Shown in pieces: positions 26,154-34,722 of a stretch of DNA of 63,092 nucleotides (positions are counted from its first letter, which is position 1; each line of letters starts with the position of its first letter). Source of the stretch: Elusimicrobia bacterium UBA4817 (GTDB taxonomy: Bacteria > Elusimicrobiota > UBA8919); contig DHFT01000047.1 of assembly GCA_002402375.1 (NCBI GenBank), positions 1-63,092 on the forward strand, written 5' to 3'. The position numbers were made by a program, and so were the translations under genes. The notes below the pieces were generated by a model. The model did no database searches, was not told the DNA's origin, and worked only from the letters and a program-made list of their open reading frames with translations.

Positions 26154-27521
26154 ATGAAGAAAATAAACCTTCTTATAAAAAACGGAACGCTTGTAACTGC
26201 CGAAAAAATTTTTAATTCGGACATTTTTATTTCCGGAGAAAAAATTATAGAAATCGGAAGAATACGGTTCCGGAAAAATTGCAAAATTATAGACGCGAAA
26301 AATAAATACGTTTTTCCCGGTATTATAGATGCTCATACCCACTTCGGTCTTGAAGCATATAGTTCCAGAACTTCCGATAATTTTTTAAGCGGTACAAAAG
26401 CCGCCGCGGCCGCCGGAATTACGACAATTATTGATTATGCAATTCCTCAAAAGAACGAGACGATGCTTGCTTCTGTAATACGCCGAAAAAAAGAAGCCGA
26501 AAAATCATACATTGATTATTCTTTCCATTCGCAGATTGTCAACTGGACAGAGCAGAGCCAAAGTGATTTTAAGAAACTCGTCTCCGGTTATGGCATTAAA
26601 TCGTTTAAGGTTTTTATGCCGAAAACGGAGGGCTGGGGGGTCGGCGATTACGAACTGCTGAAAATTTTGGAAGCATCAAAAAAATATCACACCATTATTG
26701 AAGTTCATGCCGAAAGCAGCCCTCTTATAGACGGCTTTGTTAAAACTTTTGTTGACCGCAAAAAAACGGCAGTTTCAAATTTTTATTATACAAGACCGAA
26801 CATTGCGGAAGAAGAAGCGGTAAATCGCGCGGTATTTTTGGCGGACAAATCCGGCGGAAATCTTTATGTTGTTCACACAACATCGGAGGGAACGTTGAAA
26901 ATTGCCCATGCGGCACAAAAAAGAGGCGTGAATGTTACCATTGAAACCTGTCCGCAATATCTTATTCTGAATAAAAAAGTTTTTGAAAAAAAGGACGGGT
27001 ATCTTTTTGCGACTTGCCCGCCCGTAAAATTACCGTCGGATAATAAAGCGTTGTGGGAAGGGCTTAAAAATGGAACGGTGAAAACGGTTGCGACCGACCA
27101 CTGCGCATTTTCAAAAAAAGATAAGCAAAAGGCAGAAAATGATTTCAGAAAATTAAGGTTCGGTATGCCGGGTGTTGAAACATTGTTCCCGGTTTTATTT
27201 TCAGAAGGCGTTGTGAAAAAAAGAATAACGCTGAAAAAACTTGCCCAGGTGACGTCTCAAAATCCCGCAAAAATTTTCGGGTTGTATCCTAAAAAAGGCT
27301 GCATAAAAACCGGCAGCGACGCCGATTTGACAATTTTTGACCCGAAGATAAAGTGGCGGATTGATTACAAAAAACTTTATAATACAAACTGCGGCTGGAA
27401 TCCTTATCAGAATATGAAAATTACGGGTAAACCGGTTATGACTCTGCTTCGCGGAAAAATAATTTATGATAACGGCAAATTTATGTCGGACAGCGGTTAC
27501 GGGAAATTTTTGAAAAGATAG
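26154..27521 (+). CDS. Dihydropyrimidinase / D-hydantoinase (cyclic amidohydrolase)
   Basis: IDAHTHF metal motif, GITTIIDYA, carbamylated-Lys context GIKSFKVFM, TDHCAF. Start set at the ATG at 26154, downstream of the repeat. Confidence 0.85.
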   Translation: MKKINLLIKNGTLVTAEKIFNSDIFISGEKIIEIGRIRFRKNCKIIDAKNKYVFPGIIDAHTHFGLEAYSSRTSDNFLSGTKAAAAAGITTIIDYAIPQKNETMLASVIRRKKEAEKSYIDYSFHSQIVNWTEQSQSDFKKLVSGYGIKSFKVFMPKTEGWGVGDYELLKILEASKKYHTIIEVHAESSPLIDGFVKTFVDRKKTAVSNFYYTRPNIAEEEAVNRAVFLADKSGGNLYVVHTTSEGTLKIAHAAQKRGVNVTIETCPQYLILNKKVFEKKDGYLFATCPPVKLPSDNKALWEGLKNGTVKTVATDHCAFSKKDKQKAENDFRKLRFGMPGVETLFPVLFSEGVVKKRITLKKLAQVTSQNPAKIFGLYPKKGCIKTGSDADLTIFDPKIKWRIDYKKLYNTNCGWNPYQNMKITGKPVMTLLRGKIIYDNGKFMSDSGYGKFLKR

Positions 27522-27533
27522 GAGGAGAAGAAG

Positions 27534-30128
27534 ATGGCTGAAAAATCTGTTTATGACGGGCTTTATTTAACGGATGCACAACTGAAAAACGAATTTGCAA
27601 AGTGCGAGTTCTGCGAGGAAAAACCATGTATGACGGCTTGTCCCTGCAACTGCTCCGCTGCCGATTTTATTATGGCCTCCAGGGTTTTTGATAAATCGGA
27701 TATAAAAAGGTCTGCCGCACAAATAATGAAAAACAATCCGTTCGGCGGTGTCTGCGGAATGGTCTGCCCGGACAGGTTTTGCGTTGCCGCCTGCGTTCAT
27801 AAAAAATTTGATTCACCCGTCAACATTCCTGCCGTTCAGGCGACGATTATAAAAAAAGCCAGAGAGTCGGGCGGGATTGCCGAATTTACAAAACCGCAGC
27901 CGAACGGAAAAAAAGTTGCAATAATAGGCGCTGGCCCGGCCGGATTAGGTGCCGCATCCGTTCTCGGTTCTCTCGGTTATAAAGTTGACATTTACGAAAA
28001 AGAAAATTTTGCCGGCGGAATGTGTAATCTTATTCCGGAGTACCGTCTTGAAAAAAACATGCTTAAAGAGGATTTAAAATTTCTAATATCACTCGGTGAT
28101 ATAAACATAAAATTAAATTCAGAGATAGAAAATCCGGAAATTTTGCTGAAAAAAAAATATGAGGCAATTCTTGTTGCGACTGGTTTAACAGAGCCGATAA
28201 AAGCGGGTATTAAAAATGAGGATTTTGCAATTGTCGGATTAGATTATCTGAAAAACCCGAGAAAATATAAACTGAAAGGAAAAGTTGCAGTTATCGGCGG
28301 CGGTGCAACTGCTGCTGACGCCGCGATGACAGCGAAATCCGTAGGCGGCGCCGAAAGTGTTGAAATGCTCGCTCTGGAAACTGTCGGCGAAATGCCGCTG
28401 ACACAGAGAGAGATGAATGAACTTCTTGAAAACAATATTGAAATAACGGGAAGGCTGCGGGTTACGGCGATTATTAAAAAAGGAGACCATATTTCAGGTC
28501 TTGAGACGGTAAAGGTTTCACTTCCTAAAGGCGTAAAATTTAATCTCAAGGATTTAAAAGAAGTGACGGGCACAAATCAGGTTAGAAATGATATATCAAC
28601 GGTAATAATTGCAATCGGCGCGCGTTCCAAAAGGGAAAAATCTGCTCAACCGTCCGTATTTTATGCGGGCGATTCTGTTCAGGGTCCGACTACTGTCGTG
28701 GAAGCAACCGCTGCGGGAAAAAATGCGGCTTTGAAAATAGATGCATTCGTCAATAAATCCGAAAAACCCGTGATTGAAAAAGAGGTTAAAAGTGATACGG
28801 TACTCAAAGGTTATGTGCATTCTCCCGTATCGCTTGAAACCGACTTTTTCGGCAGAAAAATTTCATCTCCGTTTTTGCTTTCAGCCGCCCCGCCTTCCGA
28901 CGGATACGACCAGATGAAAAAAGCGTACGAGGCGGGTTGGTCGGGCGGAATAATGAAGACCTCGTTTGACAACGTGCCCATTCACATTCCCGGCGAATAT
29001 ATGCATGTATTCAATAATCTGACTTACGGGAACTGCGACAATGTTTCCGGTCATCATCTTGACAGGGTGGTAAAGGAAATTCAGAAATTGGTAAAAGAAT
29101 ATCCCGACCGTCTGACGATGGCATCAACCGGCGGGCCCGTTACCGGTAACGATGAAAATGATAAAAAGGGCTGGCAGTCAAACACGAAAAAACTTGAAGC
29201 GTCCGGCGTAATGGGGATTGAATACTCGCTTTCCTGTCCGCAGGGCGGCGACGGCACCGAGGGTGATATCGTTTCCCAGAATGCCGCATTGACCGCAAAA
29301 ATAATTGACTGGGTGATGGAGGTCGGCGACCCGGAAATTCCGAAACTTTTCAAACTTACGGCTGCGGTGACGTCCATAGTCCCGATTGCCAACGCCATCA
29401 AAAAGGTCTTTACAAAGTATCCGAATAAAAAAGCGGGAATAACTTTAGCGAATACTTTTCCGACGATGTTTTTCAGGACCAGAAAAATGAATTTGCGAAA
29501 TGAGGGACTTCAGTCCCTCGTCAATGTAGCAAATTCAAACCACAATGTAGCCGACACTTCAGTGTCGGTGAGCGAAGCGAATAGATGGGAGGAAGGTATT
29601 ATCGTCGGGATGAGCGGCGAAGGTGTTTTGCCGATAAGTTATCTCACGATTGCCAATGTGTCGTCTCTCGGTGTTACCGTTTCCGGAAACGGCGGGCCTA
29701 TGGATTACAAAGCGGCGATGAATTTTCTTGCACTCGGCGTAAAAACGGTGCAGTTCTGCACTATTGCGACCAAACACGGCTACAAAATTTTTGACGAACT
29801 TGTCAACGGCACCGCTTATCTGATGAAAGAGCGCGGAATAAAATCAATGAAGGAACTTATCGGTATTGCTCTTCCGAAACCGATTACAGGTTTTATGGAA
29901 TTGACGCCGGTAAAAAAAATCTCAACCTGCGATACCGATTTATGTCTTATCTGCGGCAATTGTTCCAGATGTCCTTATCAGGCGATTTCACTTGATAAAG
30001 ACAGACATCCTGTGACGGATGCGGAAAAATGTATCGGATGCAGTATCTGCGTGCAAAAATGTTTCTCCGGTGCGCTGTCTATGCGCGAAAGAACTCCCGA
30101 AGAAACCGCCGCGCTAAAAGAAGATTAG
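27534..30128 (+). CDS. Fused dihydropyrimidine dehydrogenase-like oxidoreductase (GltD/PreT-like FeS-FAD-NAD(P) half, PreA/DHOD-like TIM barrel, 2x[4Fe-4S] tail)
   Basis: N-terminal Cys clusters, VAIIGAGPAGL and VAVIGGGATAAD dinucleotide folds, DHOD-like middle, and C-terminal CLICGNCSRCP / CIGCSICVQKC. Confidence 0.8.
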   Translation: MAEKSVYDGLYLTDAQLKNEFAKCEFCEEKPCMTACPCNCSAADFIMASRVFDKSDIKRSAAQIMKNNPFGGVCGMVCPDRFCVAACVHKKFDSPVNIPAVQATIIKKARESGGIAEFTKPQPNGKKVAIIGAGPAGLGAASVLGSLGYKVDIYEKENFAGGMCNLIPEYRLEKNMLKEDLKFLISLGDINIKLNSEIENPEILLKKKYEAILVATGLTEPIKAGIKNEDFAIVGLDYLKNPRKYKLKGKVAVIGGGATAADAAMTAKSVGGAESVEMLALETVGEMPLTQREMNELLENNIEITGRLRVTAIIKKGDHISGLETVKVSLPKGVKFNLKDLKEVTGTNQVRNDISTVIIAIGARSKREKSAQPSVFYAGDSVQGPTTVVEATAAGKNAALKIDAFVNKSEKPVIEKEVKSDTVLKGYVHSPVSLETDFFGRKISSPFLLSAAPPSDGYDQMKKAYEAGWSGGIMKTSFDNVPIHIPGEYMHVFNNLTYGNCDNVSGHHLDRVVKEIQKLVKEYPDRLTMASTGGPVTGNDENDKKGWQSNTKKLEASGVMGIEYSLSCPQGGDGTEGDIVSQNAALTAKIIDWVMEVGDPEIPKLFKLTAAVTSIVPIANAIKKVFTKYPNKKAGITLANTFPTMFFRTRKMNLRNEGLQSLVNVANSNHNVADTSVSVSEANRWEEGIIVGMSGEGVLPISYLTIANVSSLGVTVSGNGGPMDYKAAMNFLALGVKTVQFCTIATKHGYKIFDELVNGTAYLMKERGIKSMKELIGIALPKPITGFMELTPVKKISTCDTDLCLICGNCSRCPYQAISLDKDRHPVTDAEKCIGCSICVQKCFSGALSMRERTPEETAALKED
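29502..29584 (+). repeat. Hairpin repeat element (family HP-C) inserted in frame in the DPD-like CDS
   Basis: GAGGGACttcaGTCCCTC, then AATGTAGCC-GACACttcaGTGTC-GGTGAGCGAAGCGAATAGA. The flanks are identical to 37165..37209. Confidence 0.8.
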
Positions 30129-30219
30129 TATCGGTGGATGTAAATCCATGAATTGTAGCGGTGGGATTGTCCGCCACTGAGTCATTGGCGGATTTGCCTC
30201 AGGCATGACTATCCCACGA

Positions 30220-30307
30220 TGTAGGGCCGGGCTTTAGCCCTGCTTAAAAAACGCAAACCTATCATGCCGAAGGCAGACCCGCCTCTGGCGGGAAGGTTTG
30301 CCCTACA
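30220..30307. repeat. Nested-palindrome element downstream of the DPD-like gene
   Basis: Outer stem TGTAGGGC/GCCCTACA. Inner stem GCAAACCT/AGGTTTGC encloses the hairpins TGCCgaaGGCA and CCCGCCtctGGCGGG. Confidence 0.6.
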
Positions 30308-30397
30308 GAAATTTCTTGATACAAGCGTGTAAACTGCCTGTATCTTGCTTCGCGCTGCGATTTATGCAAAAATCATTACTTTCGGAGATTTAATCAA

Positions 30398-31189
30398 ATG
30401 AATATAGAACAAGACAATTTTCAGAAGGGTTTGCTAAAACACACCGAGGATTTTAGAAAAGTTCTCGCAACGCCGGCGGGTGATTGGTCGGTTAAAGGTT
30501 TTATAGATATTGCCAAAAACATTTATACTATTTCTGTTGATACAAAAGTTGTTTCCAAAATAATTGAGTTAATGATGTTTCCGGTGCTTCAGAAATTCGC
30601 AAAAGAAAATGGTTATGAAATGATTTTTTCGGCAGAACAAAATCACTATCCAGATGTTACTTTTATCACCAAAGACAAAAAGAAAATCGCTTTTGACCTA
30701 AAAAGTACTTACAGAAAAAATTCCGATGTCGTTTCGGGTTTTACTCTTGGTGCTTTTACAGGTTATTTTCGTTTTAGGGACTCAAAGAAAAATATAACTT
30801 TTCCATACAAGGAATACGAAAAACATTATATTCTCGGTATAATTTATACCCAGCAACAAGAACTGATTGACGAAAACAAGGTTTATACGATTGACGATTT
30901 GGAAAACATTTTATCGGTGGTAAAGGATTTTGATTTTATTGTCCAGGAGAAATACCGGATTGCCAAAGACTGTCCGGGCAGTGGTAACACCAAAAATATT
31001 GGCTCTTGTATAAAAATCAGTGAGTTACGGGAAGGCACTGGCCCATTTTCTACTTTAGGTGTGAAAATTTTTGATGATTACTGGATGAATTATATGACAT
31101 TAGAAATGTCGCGGAATGCAAAGTTGAAAAAACCGCCTTATTCAAATCTCAGAGAGTATTTAAAATATAGGAACATTAAAAATATCTAA
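30398..31189 (+). CDS. EcoRV-family type II restriction endonuclease
   Basis: By-eye collinear match to R.EcoRV: QNHYPDVTF (EcoRV QNHYPDFTL, Asp74), KIAFDLKSTY (IAIDIKTTY, Asp90/Lys92), FTLGAFTGYFR, GSGNTKNIGS, FDDYWMNY. Confidence 0.85.
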   Translation: MNIEQDNFQKGLLKHTEDFRKVLATPAGDWSVKGFIDIAKNIYTISVDTKVVSKIIELMMFPVLQKFAKENGYEMIFSAEQNHYPDVTFITKDKKKIAFDLKSTYRKNSDVVSGFTLGAFTGYFRFRDSKKNITFPYKEYEKHYILGIIYTQQQELIDENKVYTIDDLENILSVVKDFDFIVQEKYRIAKDCPGSGNTKNIGSCIKISELREGTGPFSTLGVKIFDDYWMNYMTLEMSRNAKLKKPPYSNLREYLKYRNIKNI

Positions 31190-31191
31190 TT

Positions 31192-32274
31192 ATGCCTATT
31201 TCACAACAACAACAATCGCAATTATTTAAAGATTTGCCGATGATAAAAACAGGTGTTTTGCCCTCCACCCGTTATCAGGGAAGCAAATACAAAATTTTAG
31301 ATTGGATAAATTATCATACAAAGGATTTAGTATTTGATTCTGTCCTTGATGCTTTTGGCGGCACCGGTTGTGTTAGTTATATGTATAAAAAGAACGGCAA
31401 GAGGGTTATTTATAACGATTCGTTAAAATTTAATTACTATATCGGGTTGGCATTGATAGAAAATTCAAAAACTATTTTGGATGATAACGATACGGATTTT
31501 ATTTTGAAAAAACACTCAAATATCAATTACCCGACTTTTATTTATGATACTTTTCATGATATTTATTATACCGACGGCGAGAACAAGTGGCTTGATGTTG
31601 TCATCACAAATATCAAAAATATAAAAAACAAATATAAGCAATCGTTAGCATACTACGCGTTGTTCCAATCTTGTATTATCAAAAGACCATACAATCTATT
31701 TCACAGAAAAAATCTTTACATAAGAACAGCAGAAATTGAAAGAAGTTTCGGCAATAAAAAAACTTGGGATACTCCGTTTGAAGAACATTTTCTAAAATTT
31801 GCCCAAGAGGCAAACGATGCCGTATTTGATAACGGGGAAAAAAATACTGCCTCCCATTCAGATGTTTTTGATTTAGAAATTCCTAAAGTTGACCTCGTCT
31901 ATATTGATACGCCCTACATTTCCGCACAAGGCAGCGGAGTAGATTATTTTGACTTTTATCACTTCCTTGAGGGCATTGTTTCTTACGACCAATGGAGAAA
32001 TCTTATTGATGAAAAATCAAAACACAAAAAAATAAAGAACGGAAAAAACGAGTGGTGCAATAAGGGAGAAATACACCGGGCATTTGAGAAATTATTTGAT
32101 AAGTTCAAAAACTCTATTCTGGTAGTTTCCTACAGAGACGCCGGCACACCCGCTATTTCCGAATTGGTAGGAATGTTAAAGGTTCAAAAAAAAGACATTT
32201 CTGTAAAAAAACTTGATTACAAATATGTTTTGAGCAACGGAAACTCAAAAGAGGTTTTGATTATAGCCAAATAG
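31192..32274 (+). CDS. Dam/D12-class N6-adenine DNA methyltransferase (cognate MTase of the EcoRV-like enzyme)
   Basis: YQGSKYKIL, DAFGGTGCV AdoMet motif, and catalytic VYIDTPYIS (DPPY variant). Starts 3 nt after the stop of the nuclease gene. Confidence 0.8.
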   Translation: MPISQQQQSQLFKDLPMIKTGVLPSTRYQGSKYKILDWINYHTKDLVFDSVLDAFGGTGCVSYMYKKNGKRVIYNDSLKFNYYIGLALIENSKTILDDNDTDFILKKHSNINYPTFIYDTFHDIYYTDGENKWLDVVITNIKNIKNKYKQSLAYYALFQSCIIKRPYNLFHRKNLYIRTAEIERSFGNKKTWDTPFEEHFLKFAQEANDAVFDNGEKNTASHSDVFDLEIPKVDLVYIDTPYISAQGSGVDYFDFYHFLEGIVSYDQWRNLIDEKSKHKKIKNGKNEWCNKGEIHRAFEKLFDKFKNSILVVSYRDAGTPAISELVGMLKVQKKDISVKKLDYKYVLSNGNSKEVLIIAK

Positions 32275-32288
32275 TTTTATGTAAAAAA

Positions 32289-33637
32289 GGGACAGGTTCA
32301 AAAAGTATCAGATAGTATAATGAAAATTAAGTGCAACTCCTGAAAGAGATATTGTATAATGTATCTGAAGAACAAATCTCTAAACAGGAGGTGCACAATG
32401 TATTACTTAGGCGTCGATTGCCACAAAAAGTACTCACAAGTTGCCGTATTGGACGGAGAAGGAAAACTCAAAATGAACCTGCGAGTTCAAAACAATAAGG
32501 AACATTTTGCTTCATTAGTAGATAATCTCGGTCAACCTTGCCAAGCAGTAATCGAAACCGGTTACACTTGGGGCATTATGTACGATATATTAACTGAATT
32601 CGGCATTGACGTAAAAGTCGCCCATGCACTTAAAGTAAAAGCAATTGCGTCTGCGAAAATAAAAACTGATACTATTGATGCCCGGACTTTAGCCGAACTT
32701 TTGCGTGCCAATTTAATTCCCGAAGTTTACGTGCCGGCTAAAGATATACGCAGTCAGAAAGACATTATACGGCAACGATGCTGGTTAGTCAAGTTGAAAA
32801 CGATGCTAAAAAACAGAATACATCAAGTTATCGGCCGCAACCACATAGAATCGCCCGGTTTCTCCGATATATTCGGGGTCGGTGGCAGAAAATTTCTTAA
32901 CTCGTTAGAGTTGCCTCAACCCGATCAGGATATTCTCCGTCAGGATTTGTCCCTATTTGATTTTATCAATGAACAGATAAAACTTACTGAAAAATGGATT
33001 GAGGACTTTCTTGCAGATAATCATTACAGAAAAATCATTCAGACAATTCCGGGTTTCGGTAAAATACTTTCAACGTTAGTTGCTCTTGAAATAAATGACA
33101 TCAACCGTTTTAATTATCCCGGGAAACTTGCTGCTTATTCCGGTCTTGTGCCGACCACATATGCTTCCGGCGGTAAAGTTTTCCACGGCGATTTGCTGCC
33201 GGGTTGTAATCGCTGGTTGCGGTACGCCTTTGTTGAAGCCGCATGGAAATCAATAGTCGTATCTCCTTATTGCCGTTCGCTGTATGATCGGCTGAAAAAA
33301 CGCAAGTGTTCTAATACCGCTATTGTCGCGGTTGCCCGCAGATTGTCGGAAATCGCATATCTCTGTCTCAAGGAGAACCGATGCTATGAAGAAAGACCTT
33401 ACAAATTATATGAAAAAAGATTTGCTAAAATTTAAATATCATTCCGGTTGCCCTCAGGACGGTTTAATCCTTTAGGGATTCTGTATCAGATTAGGGAGCC
33501 GGAGTTCGGATAACTATTTTGTGCTTTTGCGGCACGCAGAGAAGATTGAATTAAGTTCAAATTATCGTTATTTGTTTTAATGGTCATTTGTTTAGGGCAG
33601 TTCAGGAGTTGACAATTTTCAGAGAAGAACCGTCCCC
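32289..33637 (+). mobile_element. IS110-family insertion sequence (boundaries provisional)
   Basis: Nested inverted repeats: GGGACAGGTTC (32289) / GAACCGTCCCC (33627) and AACTCCTGAA (32335) / TTCAGGAGTT (33601). They bracket a DEDD transposase ORF. Confidence 0.65.
32398..33435 (+). CDS. IS110-family (DEDD/RuvC-like) transposase
   Basis: MYYLGVDCHKKYSQVAVLD N-terminus (first Asp). C-terminal Transposase_20-type IPGFGKILSTLVALEINDINRF. AGGAGG RBS before the ATG at 32398. Confidence 0.9.
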   Translation: MYYLGVDCHKKYSQVAVLDGEGKLKMNLRVQNNKEHFASLVDNLGQPCQAVIETGYTWGIMYDILTEFGIDVKVAHALKVKAIASAKIKTDTIDARTLAELLRANLIPEVYVPAKDIRSQKDIIRQRCWLVKLKTMLKNRIHQVIGRNHIESPGFSDIFGVGGRKFLNSLELPQPDQDILRQDLSLFDFINEQIKLTEKWIEDFLADNHYRKIIQTIPGFGKILSTLVALEINDINRFNYPGKLAAYSGLVPTTYASGGKVFHGDLLPGCNRWLRYAFVEAAWKSIVVSPYCRSLYDRLKKRKCSNTAIVAVARRLSEIAYLCLKENRCYEERPYKLYEKRFAKI

Positions 33638-33684
33638 GAATTACTCAAGGTTCCTTACAAATTTCTTGCTTCGCGCTGCGATTT

Positions 33685-34257
33685 ATGCAAAAATATAAAA
33701 AAATTTTAATTTTCTTGCCGGCATTTATCTTAATTCCCACAATCTGTTTTGCTGATGGTGGTGGCCCGATATTGCTCATTGTCAACGCATATGCGTTTAT
33801 TTTGGGACAAGTATGGATATTATTGTCTGAATATATTTATCTGGCCGTCTTATTAAAATCTACATCTTTATCAAAAGGAAATATTCTAAAATTTACATTT
33901 ATAATGAATATCCTCTCTACTATTGTTGGTGCTCTTCTTTTTCCTTTTCTATTGGCTCTTGTAACTCTACCAGGTATATTTTATATGGAAACAAAATGGG
34001 GTGGATTGCTGATGGCACTTGGAACATGGATAGCGGGGGATAATTCTCCTTATCCTGAAGTAGCAATGGGTTCTACAATAGCGGGTTTTATAATCACTTT
34101 TATTTTAACTGTGTGGATTGAATGTAAGTATCTAAGACGATTATCTCAAAAAAGGCAAATAGAATTTGGAAACAATCTTTTTAAACATTGCATTTGCTTA
34201 AATATAATCAGTTATGTCGGATTAATAACCTTGTTTTTTGTTTTCAAAAAATTATAG
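33685..34257 (+). CDS. Hypothetical polytopic membrane protein (190 aa)
   Basis: Signal/TM segment plus 4-5 further hydrophobic helices. No recognisable domain. Confidence 0.45.
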   Translation: MQKYKKILIFLPAFILIPTICFADGGGPILLIVNAYAFILGQVWILLSEYIYLAVLLKSTSLSKGNILKFTFIMNILSTIVGALLFPFLLALVTLPGIFYMETKWGGLLMALGTWIAGDNSPYPEVAMGSTIAGFIITFILTVWIECKYLRRLSQKRQIEFGNNLFKHCICLNIISYVGLITLFFVFKKL

Positions 34258-34323
34258 AACATCTTAATATTAAAAGAAAAATGGGATGCTTTACATAACC
34301 TTTGCAAGTGTTGGGGAGAATAG

Positions 34324-34683
34324 ATGAAAGAAGAAAATGAAAAAGGAAAAATCGCAGGGAAAAAAGAAGTTCTTTTAGCGAAAACGCTTAAACTTGCAAA
34401 TCTTGTAAGTTACCAAAAAAAGTCCGTTGTAAGTCGCACTCTCATCAATAAAAAGACAGGGACTGTAACGCTTTTCGCGTTTGCTAAAGGGCAGGGTTTA
34501 AGCGAACACACCGCTCCGTTTGATGCGATGGTTTATATTCTTGACGGTGAAGCGAAAATTACGATTTCCGGCAAACCGCTGCCGGCAAAAAAAGGCGAGA
34601 TGGTGATTATGCCGGTGAACAAACCGCATTCGCTCAAAGCGGAAAAAAAATTCAAAATGCTTCTTGTAATGATAAAAAATTAG
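34324..34683 (+). CDS. Cupin-domain protein
   Basis: GLSEHTAPFDAMVYILDGEAKITISG...PHSLKA, a cupin_2-like two-motif pattern. Confidence 0.7.
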   Translation: MKEENEKGKIAGKKEVLLAKTLKLANLVSYQKKSVVSRTLINKKTGTVTLFAFAKGQGLSEHTAPFDAMVYILDGEAKITISGKPLPAKKGEMVIMPVNKPHSLKAEKKFKMLLVMIKN

Positions 34684-34722
34684 AAAAAAAGACAGATATA
34701 ATTTTTATTATGGAGGTTAGGT

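Noticed and set aside
30129-30397. A tRNA or tmRNA gene as the integration target left of the R-M/IS110 island.
   Set aside because: The stems do not form a cloverleaf, and there is no GTTCGAATC-type T-loop or CCA context. The sequence is better explained as REP-like nested palindromes.
32324-33614. A junction promoter formed by IS110 circularisation (TTGACA in the right end, TATAAT in the left end).
   Set aside because: With the proposed termini the two hexamers would be ~50 nt apart in a circle junction, not ~17 nt. I kept this only as a note within the IS finding.
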